NCBI GenBank assembly: GCA_963665125.2
Contig: CAXXUK010000002.1
Span: 992,001-1,056,000 of the forward strand
DNA from: an uncultured Desulfarculus sp.
GTDB taxonomy: Bacteria > Desulfobacterota > Desulfarculia > Desulfarculales > Desulfarculaceae
Length of the DNA: 64,000 nucleotides
Reading direction: 5' to 3'
The notes beneath the pieces were generated by a model, which was not told the DNA's origin, did not search any database, and worked only from the letters and a program-made list of their open reading frames with translations. Position numbers and translations under genes: made by a program. This document shows, in pieces, positions 1 through 8,221 of this stretch (position 1 is its first letter; each line of letters begins with the position of its first letter).

Positions 1-104
1 AACTCAGCACCGAGTTGGGTTGCAAGATTGATCTGGGCTTTTTCGAGAGTCTCAAGCCGCGAATCCGCGAGCAGGTTCTCAGTCAACAAGTTCCGGTCCT
101 ATGA
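1..104 (+). CDS. C-terminus of minimal nucleotidyltransferase (MntA-type antitoxin), 5' truncated by window edge
   Basis: Frame from nt 3 reads LSTELGCKIDLGFFESLKPRIREQVL..., a typical MNT C-terminus; ATGA overlap with the HEPN gene. Confidence 0.75.
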   Translation, partial: LSTELGCKIDLGFFESLKPRIREQVLSQQVPVL

Positions 105-442
105 GCCGTAACCAGCTATTATATATCGATGATATCCTCGAAAGCATCTCAGCCATTGAGAGCCATTTACAGGGTATGACCGAGGCGCAGTTTACTGAGT
201 CGGTAATGGCTCAGGATGCTGTGATTCGGCGTTTTTTGGTAATCGGAGAAGCAGCCGCAAGGCTTTCCGACGAGTTCAAGGAAAAACATTCAGAGGTTGC
301 TTGGCACAAGATCATCGGCATGCGCAACCGCCTTGTTCATGACTACCTGAGGATAACCCTGGCGGTTCTTTGGGAAACGGCCATAAAAGACTTGCCCGAG
401 CTTAAAAAGAATCTGCAAAAAATCCTGGAGTCATCAAACTAG
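101..442 (+). CDS. HepT-like HEPN ribonuclease toxin (DUF86)
   Basis: IGEAA and W.KIIGMRNRLVHDY (R-x4-H motif), 113 aa. Confidence 0.9.
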   Translation: MSRNQLLYIDDILESISAIESHLQGMTEAQFTESVMAQDAVIRRFLVIGEAAARLSDEFKEKHSEVAWHKIIGMRNRLVHDYLRITLAVLWETAIKDLPELKKNLQKILESSN

Positions 443-503
443 TTGAAGCCACCTCAAACCATTTATTATACAAGCGCTTTTCAGAAAAACTCCGGATTTA
501 CCT

Positions 504-1010
504 CTAAAGTCTCAGCACCCTGGTCCAAAAATCCATTCCCCCCTCCTCCATGCCCTCGGCCTCGGGTATCTGCCGGGCGAGCACGTCCCTGACCTGCACC
601 GGGCTCATGCCCTCCAGCAGGACTGTCTTTACCTTGGCGAAGCGGTTTTCCCTGATCTCGAATTGGAGCGTATTCAGCTCCGGGTTTGCCCGGTGATAAA
701 TGATCCAAAAGTGGCGGAGCTGCGAATACTGCCAAAATTGTTCGTCTATGTGGATGCCAAAGTCGGTGATGACGATCTCCTGGGTGCCGGGTTTTTCGTG
801 GGATAGTTGGTAGTAGGTGGCCGCCGCCAGGGCGAAGACCACCGCCGAACTCCAAGCGTCGTAAATCATGGCGATGATGATTGCCGTCACCGTTATGGTG
901 CCCGCCACGAGCCACCAGGTGCGGCCCTTGGGGCGCTCGACCCATTGGGCTGCTTCCCAGGCCAGCAGCACCTCCTCCTGGGCGCTGATCAAGTCTTGGG
1001 TCTGTGTCAT
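504..1010 (-). CDS. Two-TM membrane protein, DUF5673/CPR-type
   Basis: LLAWEAAQWVERPKGRTWW, two TMs, then a PH-like ITDFGIHID...YSQLRHFWI segment and a terminal MDFWTRVLRL; recalled family resemblance. Confidence 0.6.
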   Translation of the reverse strand: MTQTQDLISAQEEVLLAWEAAQWVERPKGRTWWLVAGTITVTAIIIAMIYDAWSSAVVFALAAATYYQLSHEKPGTQEIVITDFGIHIDEQFWQYSQLRHFWIIYHRANPELNTLQFEIRENRFAKVKTVLLEGMSPVQVRDVLARQIPEAEGMEEGGMDFWTRVLRL

Positions 1011-1025
1011 ATAATTAAGTTAATT

Positions 1026-1592
1026 TTAGGCTTTTGGCATGCTCAGGGCCATTATCAGGCCGATGCAAATGGTGAATACCAGAATAAAAAATATGACTGG
1101 CGCACGCGCGACCAGGGTCAGAGCCTTGGCCGCATCAAGGGCCACGCGGCCCGTACCCTTAATTGCTTCCTTTCCCAAGGTCAAAGGCGCTTTCAAGGCC
1201 ACTGCTCCGGCCTGCCCCATGGCGTGCTTTAGGCCTGACTCACGCTTCTGTTCGGTGCGGTCGCGGCTGCGGCTTGGGAGCATAAGGCCCGCTTTTTCGC
1301 TGCGGCCCCGCCATTGCCACTGCTCCCGGTTGCTCAAGCCTTGCGGGGCGCTCACTCCGGCTTGTTGCGCCCGCCTGTTTGTCTGGGCCTCCAGCCGGGA
1401 AGCAAATGAAGGAGGAAACGGGTCCGATGATTCAGGCCTTGCCTGGGGCGTCCGGGCTGCCCCTGACGGCTTTGGGTGATTCGATGTGGCGCTGAAGGTC
1501 GGCAAGGGCTTTTTCAGATCATCAGGCGCGATCCTGGGGTCGCTGGCCTGGTGCTTGGCTTCGGTCTTTTTAGCCTGCTTGGTCTTGGGCAT
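1026..1592 (-). CDS. Hypothetical protein with disordered N-terminus and C-terminal TM anchor
   Basis: 188 aa ORF packed tightly between co-directional genes; hydrophobic tail. Confidence 0.6.
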   Translation of the reverse strand: MPKTKQAKKTEAKHQASDPRIAPDDLKKPLPTFSATSNHPKPSGAARTPQARPESSDPFPPSFASRLEAQTNRRAQQAGVSAPQGLSNREQWQWRGRSEKAGLMLPSRSRDRTEQKRESGLKHAMGQAGAVALKAPLTLGKEAIKGTGRVALDAAKALTLVARAPVIFFILVFTICIGLIMALSMPKA

Positions 1593-3841
1593 TTCTTTGG
1601 ATTAGATGGATAGCTTTTCCAGGAACTTGGCCAGCTGCTTTTGCAGGGTGGTGATTTCGCGGTCCAGGCGGTTGATGGTGCGGGTGTCCGCCGCGTCGGC
1701 GGCAGCCCTGTCGGTTTCTTTCTGCTCGATCTCATCCTTGAGGTCCTGGAAGGCCTGCTGCACGGTTACGTCCTGCTCGGCGATAAAGGCCTCCACAAAG
1801 GATTTCATATTTGTCAGGGAGTCATCGGGTATTTCGAAGTAGGCGGCCTGCTGGCGGTCGTTGAAGTTATTGTAGATGGTGCTGGAGAAGTTGCCCTTGT
1901 AGACCTTTCGGCCTTGCTCCAGCTCGTTTTTGAGGAAATTCATCAGCTCTGGGAACGACGGATTTTTGGCCAGGTTCATGGTGATTTTCGAGAGGTTGTA
2001 CGCAGCGTCGCCCTCGGCAAAGCCGTGGAAGCCGGTGTCGGTGATCCGGGCGTTGATGAAGAACGGTGACTTGGAGCGCATGATCCCGGCCATGTCCTTG
2101 AAGGATTTTTCAAACTCCGGCCTGACCTTCTTGTCCAGACCTTCAATGGCCTTGTGGTGGGCGCTGTTGATGATTTTCTGGAAGCGCCCGGCCTCGTCAA
2201 AGGACATGAATTCGGCCTTTTGGATCAGCGAGGAAATGAAGGCCTCGCGGGCCACCTGGGACAGGCGGTCGTTTTTCTTGATGGACTCAAGGCCGCTCAT
2301 CAGCTCGCCGGTGGTGCCGTGCTCCAGCACATCGGCGTATTTGCTCTTGACCGCATCCTTGTATTTGGCGTCCACTTCGCGGTTAAGCGCGCCTTCGATG
2401 GAATCGTCCGCGCCGGTCTGGCCCACGACGCCGCCCAGAGTGGGAGACTTGGCGTTGAGCCAGGTGATGGCCTTGGCCACGTTATGGGCCATCTCGGCTG
2501 CTTCCTGATCCTTGGCCCAATCCTGATTGCCCTTGACCTGGGACCAAAGCTTCTTGGCGGCCTCTACACTGCTACCACCCTTGACATAGGTCCCCACGGT
2601 CTCCCCGGCAAAGTCGGAGGCAAAGCGTGTGGCTCCGCCCAGCTTGCCCTTGCGGGTCTCCTTGCCCGCCTCGTCGTGCCGGGCCAGCTCGGCTTTGCGG
2701 GCTTCGAGGATGCGCAGTTGTGTATTAAGATCAAGCTCGCGGTCCTTGTCCACGGTGTCGCCTCTGGCCATGCGCTCTTTCACCTGCTTGATTCGTTCGT
2801 CAACGATCCCCTGCTCCGAGCGGAACGCCTTCAGATTACCGCGCTTGCGAAAGGTGCTCTGGCTCAGATTGTCGTAGTGGCGCACATCGCTGCCGAGGTG
2901 ATCGGCCTTGGCCTCCATCTCAAAGGCCAGCTGCATGTGGCTCTGGCGCTCCGCATCCGTGGCCGCCGCTCCGGCCATGCGCCTGTGATTGGCCGCATTG
3001 GTCATCAGGTTCATGGCCTTGCCGCGGGTGTTCACGGCCAGGCGGCTGAAGCGTTTGCGCTCCTTGCGGCGCTCCAGACCAGCCTTGGCGGCCTTGAAGG
3101 CGTTCCACGGCGCGTAGCCGACAGCTCCGGTGGCCCGGCCCACCTGGCGGCGCAGAAACCTGCCGCCCCGCTCGGCAAAGTCCAGAATCCGGCCGGTGAG
3201 GTTGTTGTCCAGAGCCGTGCGCACGGCGATCCACAGGCCCATGGTCACCAGGATGTACATCAGCAGGCCCTCGAAACGTATGCCCGCGTTGACCTGCTGG
3301 TAATTAGCCTCCTGAAAAAACGGCAGATACTTGAGCACCTCCTCGAATACGGCGGCCAGGCCGTTCTGGCTCAGATCGGTGGTGGTGCTGACCTCGGTGA
3401 CCATGCTTTCCAGCGAGCCGAAGACAAAGGCCTTTTGGACCATGAACACCATGCCCAAAACAAAGGTGACCTTGATGGGGATCAGCAGCAGGGTGATGAA
3501 GGATTTCCACCAATAGCTCCAGATTTTGTCCTGGCCGGGCACCATCAGGCCCAGGTAGGCCAGGGGCGAGACAGCCAAAAGCAGCCAGATCATCACCGTG
3601 GCCATGACCAGAGCGGCGGTGATGGCGAAAAGCGGCAATATCAGCATGAACATGAACACGCCGCAGAGGATGATCTGCACGGTGAGGGTGAATTGGTCCT
3701 TGACCGAGTCCGGGTCCACTTGCAGAAAGCGCGAAAACTCCACGAACTGGAAGTCCGTGACATCCTTGAATTCAAACAGCCCGCCCACGATGTCGGTGAC
3801 CAGACGGGCATTGATCTACCCCACAAACGACGGACAATTGT

Positions 3842-4708
3842 TTAAGCGACAATTTGATTTTCAAAGGCCAGCGGGCTGATGTATCCGTTGGCACTGTGTC
3901 TCCTGTTTCGGTTGTAGTCAACCTCGATATACTCGAATACGGCACGGCGCATACCTTGGCGGGTGGCGAAGTGCTCACCGTGGATCAGTTCCACCTTGAG
4001 GGTATGGAAGAAGCTTTCGGCCACGGCGTTGTCATAACAGTTGCCTCTGCCGCTCATGCTGCAAACCAGTTCATGCTTGGTCAAAAGGGCCTGGTATTTC
4101 CTAGAGCAATACTGGCTGCCCCGATCCGAATGAACCAACACACCTTTGGACATATGCCGTCGCCACAAGGCCATCTGCAAGGCGTCACAGACTAAATCGG
4201 CTTTCATGCGCTTATCCATGGCCCAGCCAACCACCATGCGCGAAAACAGGTCGAGCACCACCGCCAGATACAACCAGCCCTCGCCGGTCCAAAGGTAAGT
4301 GATATCACAGACCCACTTCTGATTTGGAGCCGTTGCGTTAAAGTCCTGGGCCAACAGATTTGGAGCAACCGGCATACCGTGATCCGAATCCGTGGTGGCC
4401 TTGAACTTCCTGGCCGCTTTGGCCACCAGGCCCTGTCTATTCATGCTCTTGGCCACTGTTTTGCGGTTGTATTTACGGCCTTGCTCATCAAGGTCGAGAG
4501 TCAGCCCAACTGCTCCGCTACGGCCCTTGCGAACTTCAAAGGCTTCTTTCACCAGGTGATCGAGCCTCTCACGCTCCATCTGCCTCTGACTGGGATTTTG
4601 CAGCCTGCGCCGCCAGCCATAATACCCGCCACGTGATACGCCAAAGGCCTCGGATTGCGCCGTGACGCTGTATGTGCCTGCGTTTTGCTGCATGAACGCG
4701 TACTTCAC
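3842..4708 (-). CDS. IS3 transposase OrfB (DDE)
   Basis: WVCDITY, HSDRGSQY, DNAVAESFF motifs; -1 frame relative to OrfA; A6G slippery run near OrfA end. Confidence 0.95.
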   Translation of the reverse strand: MKYAFMQQNAGTYSVTAQSEAFGVSRGGYYGWRRRLQNPSQRQMERERLDHLVKEAFEVRKGRSGAVGLTLDLDEQGRKYNRKTVAKSMNRQGLVAKAARKFKATTDSDHGMPVAPNLLAQDFNATAPNQKWVCDITYLWTGEGWLYLAVVLDLFSRMVVGWAMDKRMKADLVCDALQMALWRRHMSKGVLVHSDRGSQYCSRKYQALLTKHELVCSMSGRGNCYDNAVAESFFHTLKVELIHGEHFATRQGMRRAVFEYIEVDYNRNRRHSANGYISPLAFENQIVA

Positions 4709-5004
4709 TTCAGGCTTTTCGCGAAGTACGCCGCGGCCTTTTTTAATATGGCCAACTCCTCTTCCTTCTTGGCCAACTGCCGCTTCAACTTGGCGTTTTC
4801 GAGCTCCAGTTCCTTCTCGGTCTCGCTGCGGCTGGCCTCATAGCGGGCCTTCTTGCGCCAAGCGTAAACCTGGGACTCATGCAGGCCAAGCTGCTTGGCC
4901 GCACCGGCAACGCCAACCTGCTCAGCCAAGCCCAGAGCTTCGATTTTGAACTCCGGCGAATAGCGCCGCCTGGTGGATTTCTTCTGGCTCTTCTGTGATG
5001 GCAT
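4705..5004 (-). CDS. IS3 transposase OrfA (HTH + leucine zipper)
   Basis: RRRYSPEFKIEA...W.KK...LKKAAAYFAK. Confidence 0.95.
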   Translation of the reverse strand: MPSQKSQKKSTRRRYSPEFKIEALGLAEQVGVAGAAKQLGLHESQVYAWRKKARYEASRSETEKELELENAKLKRQLAKKEEELAILKKAAAYFAKSLK

Positions 5005-5662
5005 CGAACACCTCCGTTAAGCAATTTACTCGCTTAATCGGGTGTCCGTCAAAACTGGGCTGGATCACATTGTCCATGACAAAGATGCCGATGGTGTAAG
5101 ACAGATTGACCGCCACCAGCGCCCCGATCACGCGGGGCAGAGCTTTTTTGAGGGAATAGTTGTCCGGGTGGAAGCCGATGAGGTTGGCCAGCACCAACAG
5201 AATAAGCACCGCGACAGCGCAGAAGTTGACAAAGTCGCGCATTTTTTCCCAGATGGTTTCCACCTCCGGCGGCACGTCGAACATCTTGTCGTAAAAGTAG
5301 GTGTAGCCCATGCCCAGCAACTTGATGGCCACGTATTCCACATAGGCCACCGAGGACAGGAAGCCGTTCATGGCTGGTCCGATGACGCTGTTAAAGGTGG
5401 TTTTGAAGACAGGCCCGAGTATGGGACTGCTTCCGGTTGTTGTCATGATTGCGACATCACTGGCGAATATCGAGAAAAGCACCCAGCCCAAATGGATTGC
5501 CGCCTCGGCTTTTTGAATTGAAACGGTTTGCTCGATGAGCCCGCCTTGGTCCGGCCCGCCCATGAAGCAGGAATGATAGAGCATGCCCAGCATCAGCGCG
5601 GACGCCAGGACCAGCTTCCATTTGGGGATTCCGGATTTGGTTGTGAGCATTTGAAGGAAAAA

Positions 5663-6616
5663 TTATTGAGTGCTGGCAGTGGACTCCGGGCCACCTGCTT
5701 CGCCGAAGAACTCGGGGTTGATGGTTTGCAGGATCAGGCCCAGGACAATGAAAAGGGCCAGCGCGGCAAAGGCGTTGACGATCCTGTTCCTACCCGACTT
5801 GATGCGCTCGGGATTGCCGCCCGAGGACGCCCACTCAATGCCGCCCCAGACGATCATCACCGAAACCAGGGTGGTGATGATCACCTTGAAGAAGCCGTAG
5901 TAAAGGATAATCGTCTTTTGCAGGAGTTCGTTTGAGTTGCGGCGGTTGTAGACGATCTTGTCCTGGCCGCCCACCGGCACCTGGAATTCAAAAATATCAA
6001 TGCCCGTGGATTTGATCTGCTCCAATTCGGCGGTGCTGTCATACAGAGCTTCTTGAGCTGCTTCCGTGGCGGCGATGGCTTCTTTGTGCTTCTTCTTTAA
6101 CTCCTCTTTTTCCTGCTCGATTGCCTCGCCCAACTCTGCCAATTCCTCGGCCTCGGCGCTGGTCAGGCCATCGCCAAAGACCGCCTTTTCCATCAAGGTG
6201 GCCGCGCGGTGCATCGGGTGGCTGGCCGAGTAAATCTCGCTATCGGGATTGTGCCAGTAGTTTTGGATATTGCGTTGCAAGGTCTGCCGGTCGCTGGCGC
6301 TCAAGAAACCACTTGTAGAAGCGCTGCTTGGGTCATAAAAGCTGTTCAAAAGGCTCTTTGTTGTTTGGTCGTGCTTGAGAACATCGCTAATCCAGCCCTG
6401 GTTTATCAGTGCTTTCTCCCTTAATTTTTGTATTTGATCCTCAGCCTGCATTTTGGTGACCAAGTCGGCTTTGCGCGCCTCAACCTCGTCGTATTGGGCT
6501 TCCAGGGCGTCGGCGGTTGTCTCCAGGCGTGAATCATCTGCCAGCGCATAGCTGGGCAGGAGTGCGCATGCCAGGGCTGCGAGGATGAGGAATGTGATTT
6601 TTCGGGGGATAGACAC
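5663..6616 (-). CDS. Exported coiled-coil protein with C-terminal CPR-type T4SS pilin (TrbC/VirB2-like) domain
   Basis: Signal peptide (RKITFLILAALACALLPSYALA); C-terminus MIVWGGIEWASSGGNPERIKSGRNRIVNAFAALAL...LILQTINPEF; GTG start at 6616 inferred. Confidence 0.75.
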   Translation of the reverse strand: MSIPRKITFLILAALACALLPSYALADDSRLETTADALEAQYDEVEARKADLVTKMQAEDQIQKLREKALINQGWISDVLKHDQTTKSLLNSFYDPSSASTSGFLSASDRQTLQRNIQNYWHNPDSEIYSASHPMHRAATLMEKAVFGDGLTSAEAEELAELGEAIEQEKEELKKKHKEAIAATEAAQEALYDSTAELEQIKSTGIDIFEFQVPVGGQDKIVYNRRNSNELLQKTIILYYGFFKVIITTLVSVMIVWGGIEWASSGGNPERIKSGRNRIVNAFAALALFIVLGLILQTINPEFFGEAGGPESTASTQ

Positions 6617-6671
6617 GGATTTTAGGGTTATTTTGTTGATATTATAGCCTATTTGGCCAATAGAGCCAAAG

Positions 6672-6697
6672 AAAAGCCCCGGTGCTAAGACCGGGGC
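6672..6697 (-). terminator. Rho-independent terminator
   Basis: GCCCCGGT-loop-ACCGGGGC followed by TTTT on minus strand. Confidence 0.6.
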
Positions 6698-6723
6698 CAA
6701 GGTGTGTTGCAGGCGGTGTTTGA

Positions 6724-7083
6724 TCAGCCGCCCAGAAGCTTCCTGCGGATTTTCTTTCTGTGATAGTCCTGATCGAACATGAGTCGCATGGTGTTCGCGA
6801 ACCGCTCCGAGGTATTGGGACCTTCCAGACCCAGCCTCATACGCATTTGGTGATCAGTTTCGTATCTGGGAATCACCTTGGGCTTCTCTTTGTACCGGAG
6901 CCAGTAACCAAAGGGATTGCGGTCATATGCCGCCCTTTCCTGGAGCGCCGGGATGTACACCATGTACGCGAGCCACGAGCCCAGGATGATTACGAGCGCC
7001 CAGACCCAAAGCGGGGATCGGAAAGTAAAAAGCTTGGATTCCTCCCCGGTATACATCGGGGCCTGTAAGGTCGCCGGATTCAT
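6724..7083 (-). CDS. Hypothetical single-TM protein
   Basis: One hydrophobic helix; start uncertain (ORF track extends to 7179). Confidence 0.5.
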   Translation of the reverse strand: MNPATLQAPMYTGEESKLFTFRSPLWVWALVIILGSWLAYMVYIPALQERAAYDRNPFGYWLRYKEKPKVIPRYETDHQMRMRLGLEGPNTSERFANTMRLMFDQDYHRKKIRRKLLGG

Positions 7084-7314
7084 ACCACACCGCCTTTCGC
7101 CATCTATTTTAATTCTATTTTGATTTTTGATTTCAGTAGGTTGCGTGGTCATTTTTTCAGATGTCCCCCGGAATGTCAAATTTATCGACTACATAAAAGG
7201 CGGTTTATAACCTCATTTATCTATTTTTATAGAGATTTGTCAAGGCGAAATCTACTTATTGCAGGGTTCTTTGGGCTCAAACAGAGTGCTAGAGGTGGGG
7301 TGGAGGTGCCCACA

Positions 7315-7635
7315 ATGAGCGATCTGCCCAAGGAAATCGGAAAGCGTCTGAGAGAAATCCGCAAAAGCAAGGGTCTGCGGCAAGAGGATATGGAAGCGTT
7401 TGGGCTGAATTACAAATATTATCAGCGCATCGAAGGCGGGCATACCAACATCACTCTGGTCACCTTGGAAAAGATCGTCAGCGCTTTGGGTCTGGAGTTG
7501 GCCGACCTTTTCATCCTGCCCATGAGCCGGTCAGACGAAGTGAATGAACTGCTGGCCGATATCGACACCGTGATCAAGGAAAACGATCCCGAGAAGATCA
7601 GAAAACTCGGCCTGTTTGTCAGGGATATTCTTTGA
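7315..7635 (+). CDS. XRE-family HTH transcriptional regulator
   Basis: IGKRLREIRKSKGLRQEDM...YYQRIEGG.TNITLVTLEKI; GGAGG RBS before ATG 7315. Confidence 0.85.
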   Translation: MSDLPKEIGKRLREIRKSKGLRQEDMEAFGLNYKYYQRIEGGHTNITLVTLEKIVSALGLELADLFILPMSRSDEVNELLADIDTVIKENDPEKIRKLGLFVRDIL

Positions 7636-7693
7636 TCGATCCCCCTCAGACAACAAAACACCAAATCGGTCAAGCTGAAATTTAGTTAATATC

Positions 7694-7721
7694 TTGACGT
7701 GCTTAGCCCATCGCCTATAAT
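7694..7721 (+). promoter_or_regulatory. Near-consensus sigma70 promoter
   Basis: TTGACG-N16-TATAAT. Confidence 0.6.
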
Positions 7722-7725
7722 GGGC

Positions 7726-7849
7726 GTGGAATATTGTTAAGGCAAATCGCGGCACCCCAGAACCCAAATAGTTGGGTGGGATATAACGCAAGTCTTAAAA
7801 TCTGTCTTGTCAATATTCCACTACATCCCACTCAGCTACTTGGGTTTTG
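7726..7849 (+). repeat. Two interleaved 22-bp inverted repeats (A-B-A'-B')
   Basis: 7726-7747 pairs with 7800-7821; 7761-7782 pairs with 7825-7846. Confidence 0.85.
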
Positions 7850-8221
7850 TTTTACCCAAAGTGGCTGGCGGGCGTAAGGGGAGCCGGGGCCACGCGGAAA
7901 GGTCACGGGCCAGAACTCACCAGAGTTGCACTCCTAAAGCTAATCATCTACAGGGGGCGGCCGCGTCAGAGCCGTCGATTGGCTAGCAATTCCGCCACCG
8001 CAAAACCGACACCGGGTCACGCGCGCAAATTCGCTCATTAAAACATCCGAAACCGCAACAAAACACCGAAATGTCAAGTTTTGACCGGTTTTGAGCATGA
8101 GTGCGCCTTCTCAGCCAGTGCCTTCTTTTGAGGTTCCCGAAAAACTGCCCAAACTTGGCCGCTGAGGGGCAGGGGAGCAAAACACCGCGTTAGCGGTGAA
8201 AGAAAAAATAGTAATCTTATT

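Larger units (their letters stand above)
3812..5067 (-). mobile_element. Complete IS3-family insertion sequence (1256 bp)
   Basis: TG..CA ends; imperfect IRs TGATCTACCCCACAAACGACGGACA / TGATCCAGCCCAGTTTTGACGGACA; 3-bp target duplication CAT at 3809-3811 and 5068-5070. Confidence 0.95.
1602..5650 (-). pseudogene. VirB6/TrbL-like polytopic membrane protein (about 929 aa reconstructed) interrupted by IS3
   Basis: 5' part has WEKMRDFVN...NYSLKKALPRVIGALVAVNLSY; 3' part has IWLLLAVSPLAYL...WSYWWKSF. Removing 3812-5067 plus one CAT restores one frame (...FVMDNARLVTDIVGGLFEF...). Confidence 0.8.

Noticed and set aside
2154..3845. Long + strand ORF (563 aa) and similar long ORFs at 18475-19254, 32456-33892, 48989-50587, 52730-54139 and 57789-60326
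   Set aside because: Antisense shadows of well-supported genes in high-GC DNA; no recognisable motifs
7885..7915. RNase P-like GGAAAG.TC.CGGGC motif
   Set aside because: The other universally conserved RNase P segments are not found downstream
8095..8112. MOBQ-type oriT (TGAGTGCGCCTT vs TAAGTGCGCCCT)
   Set aside because: Two mismatches in 12 nt, no adjacent inverted repeat of the expected form, and no relaxase in the window
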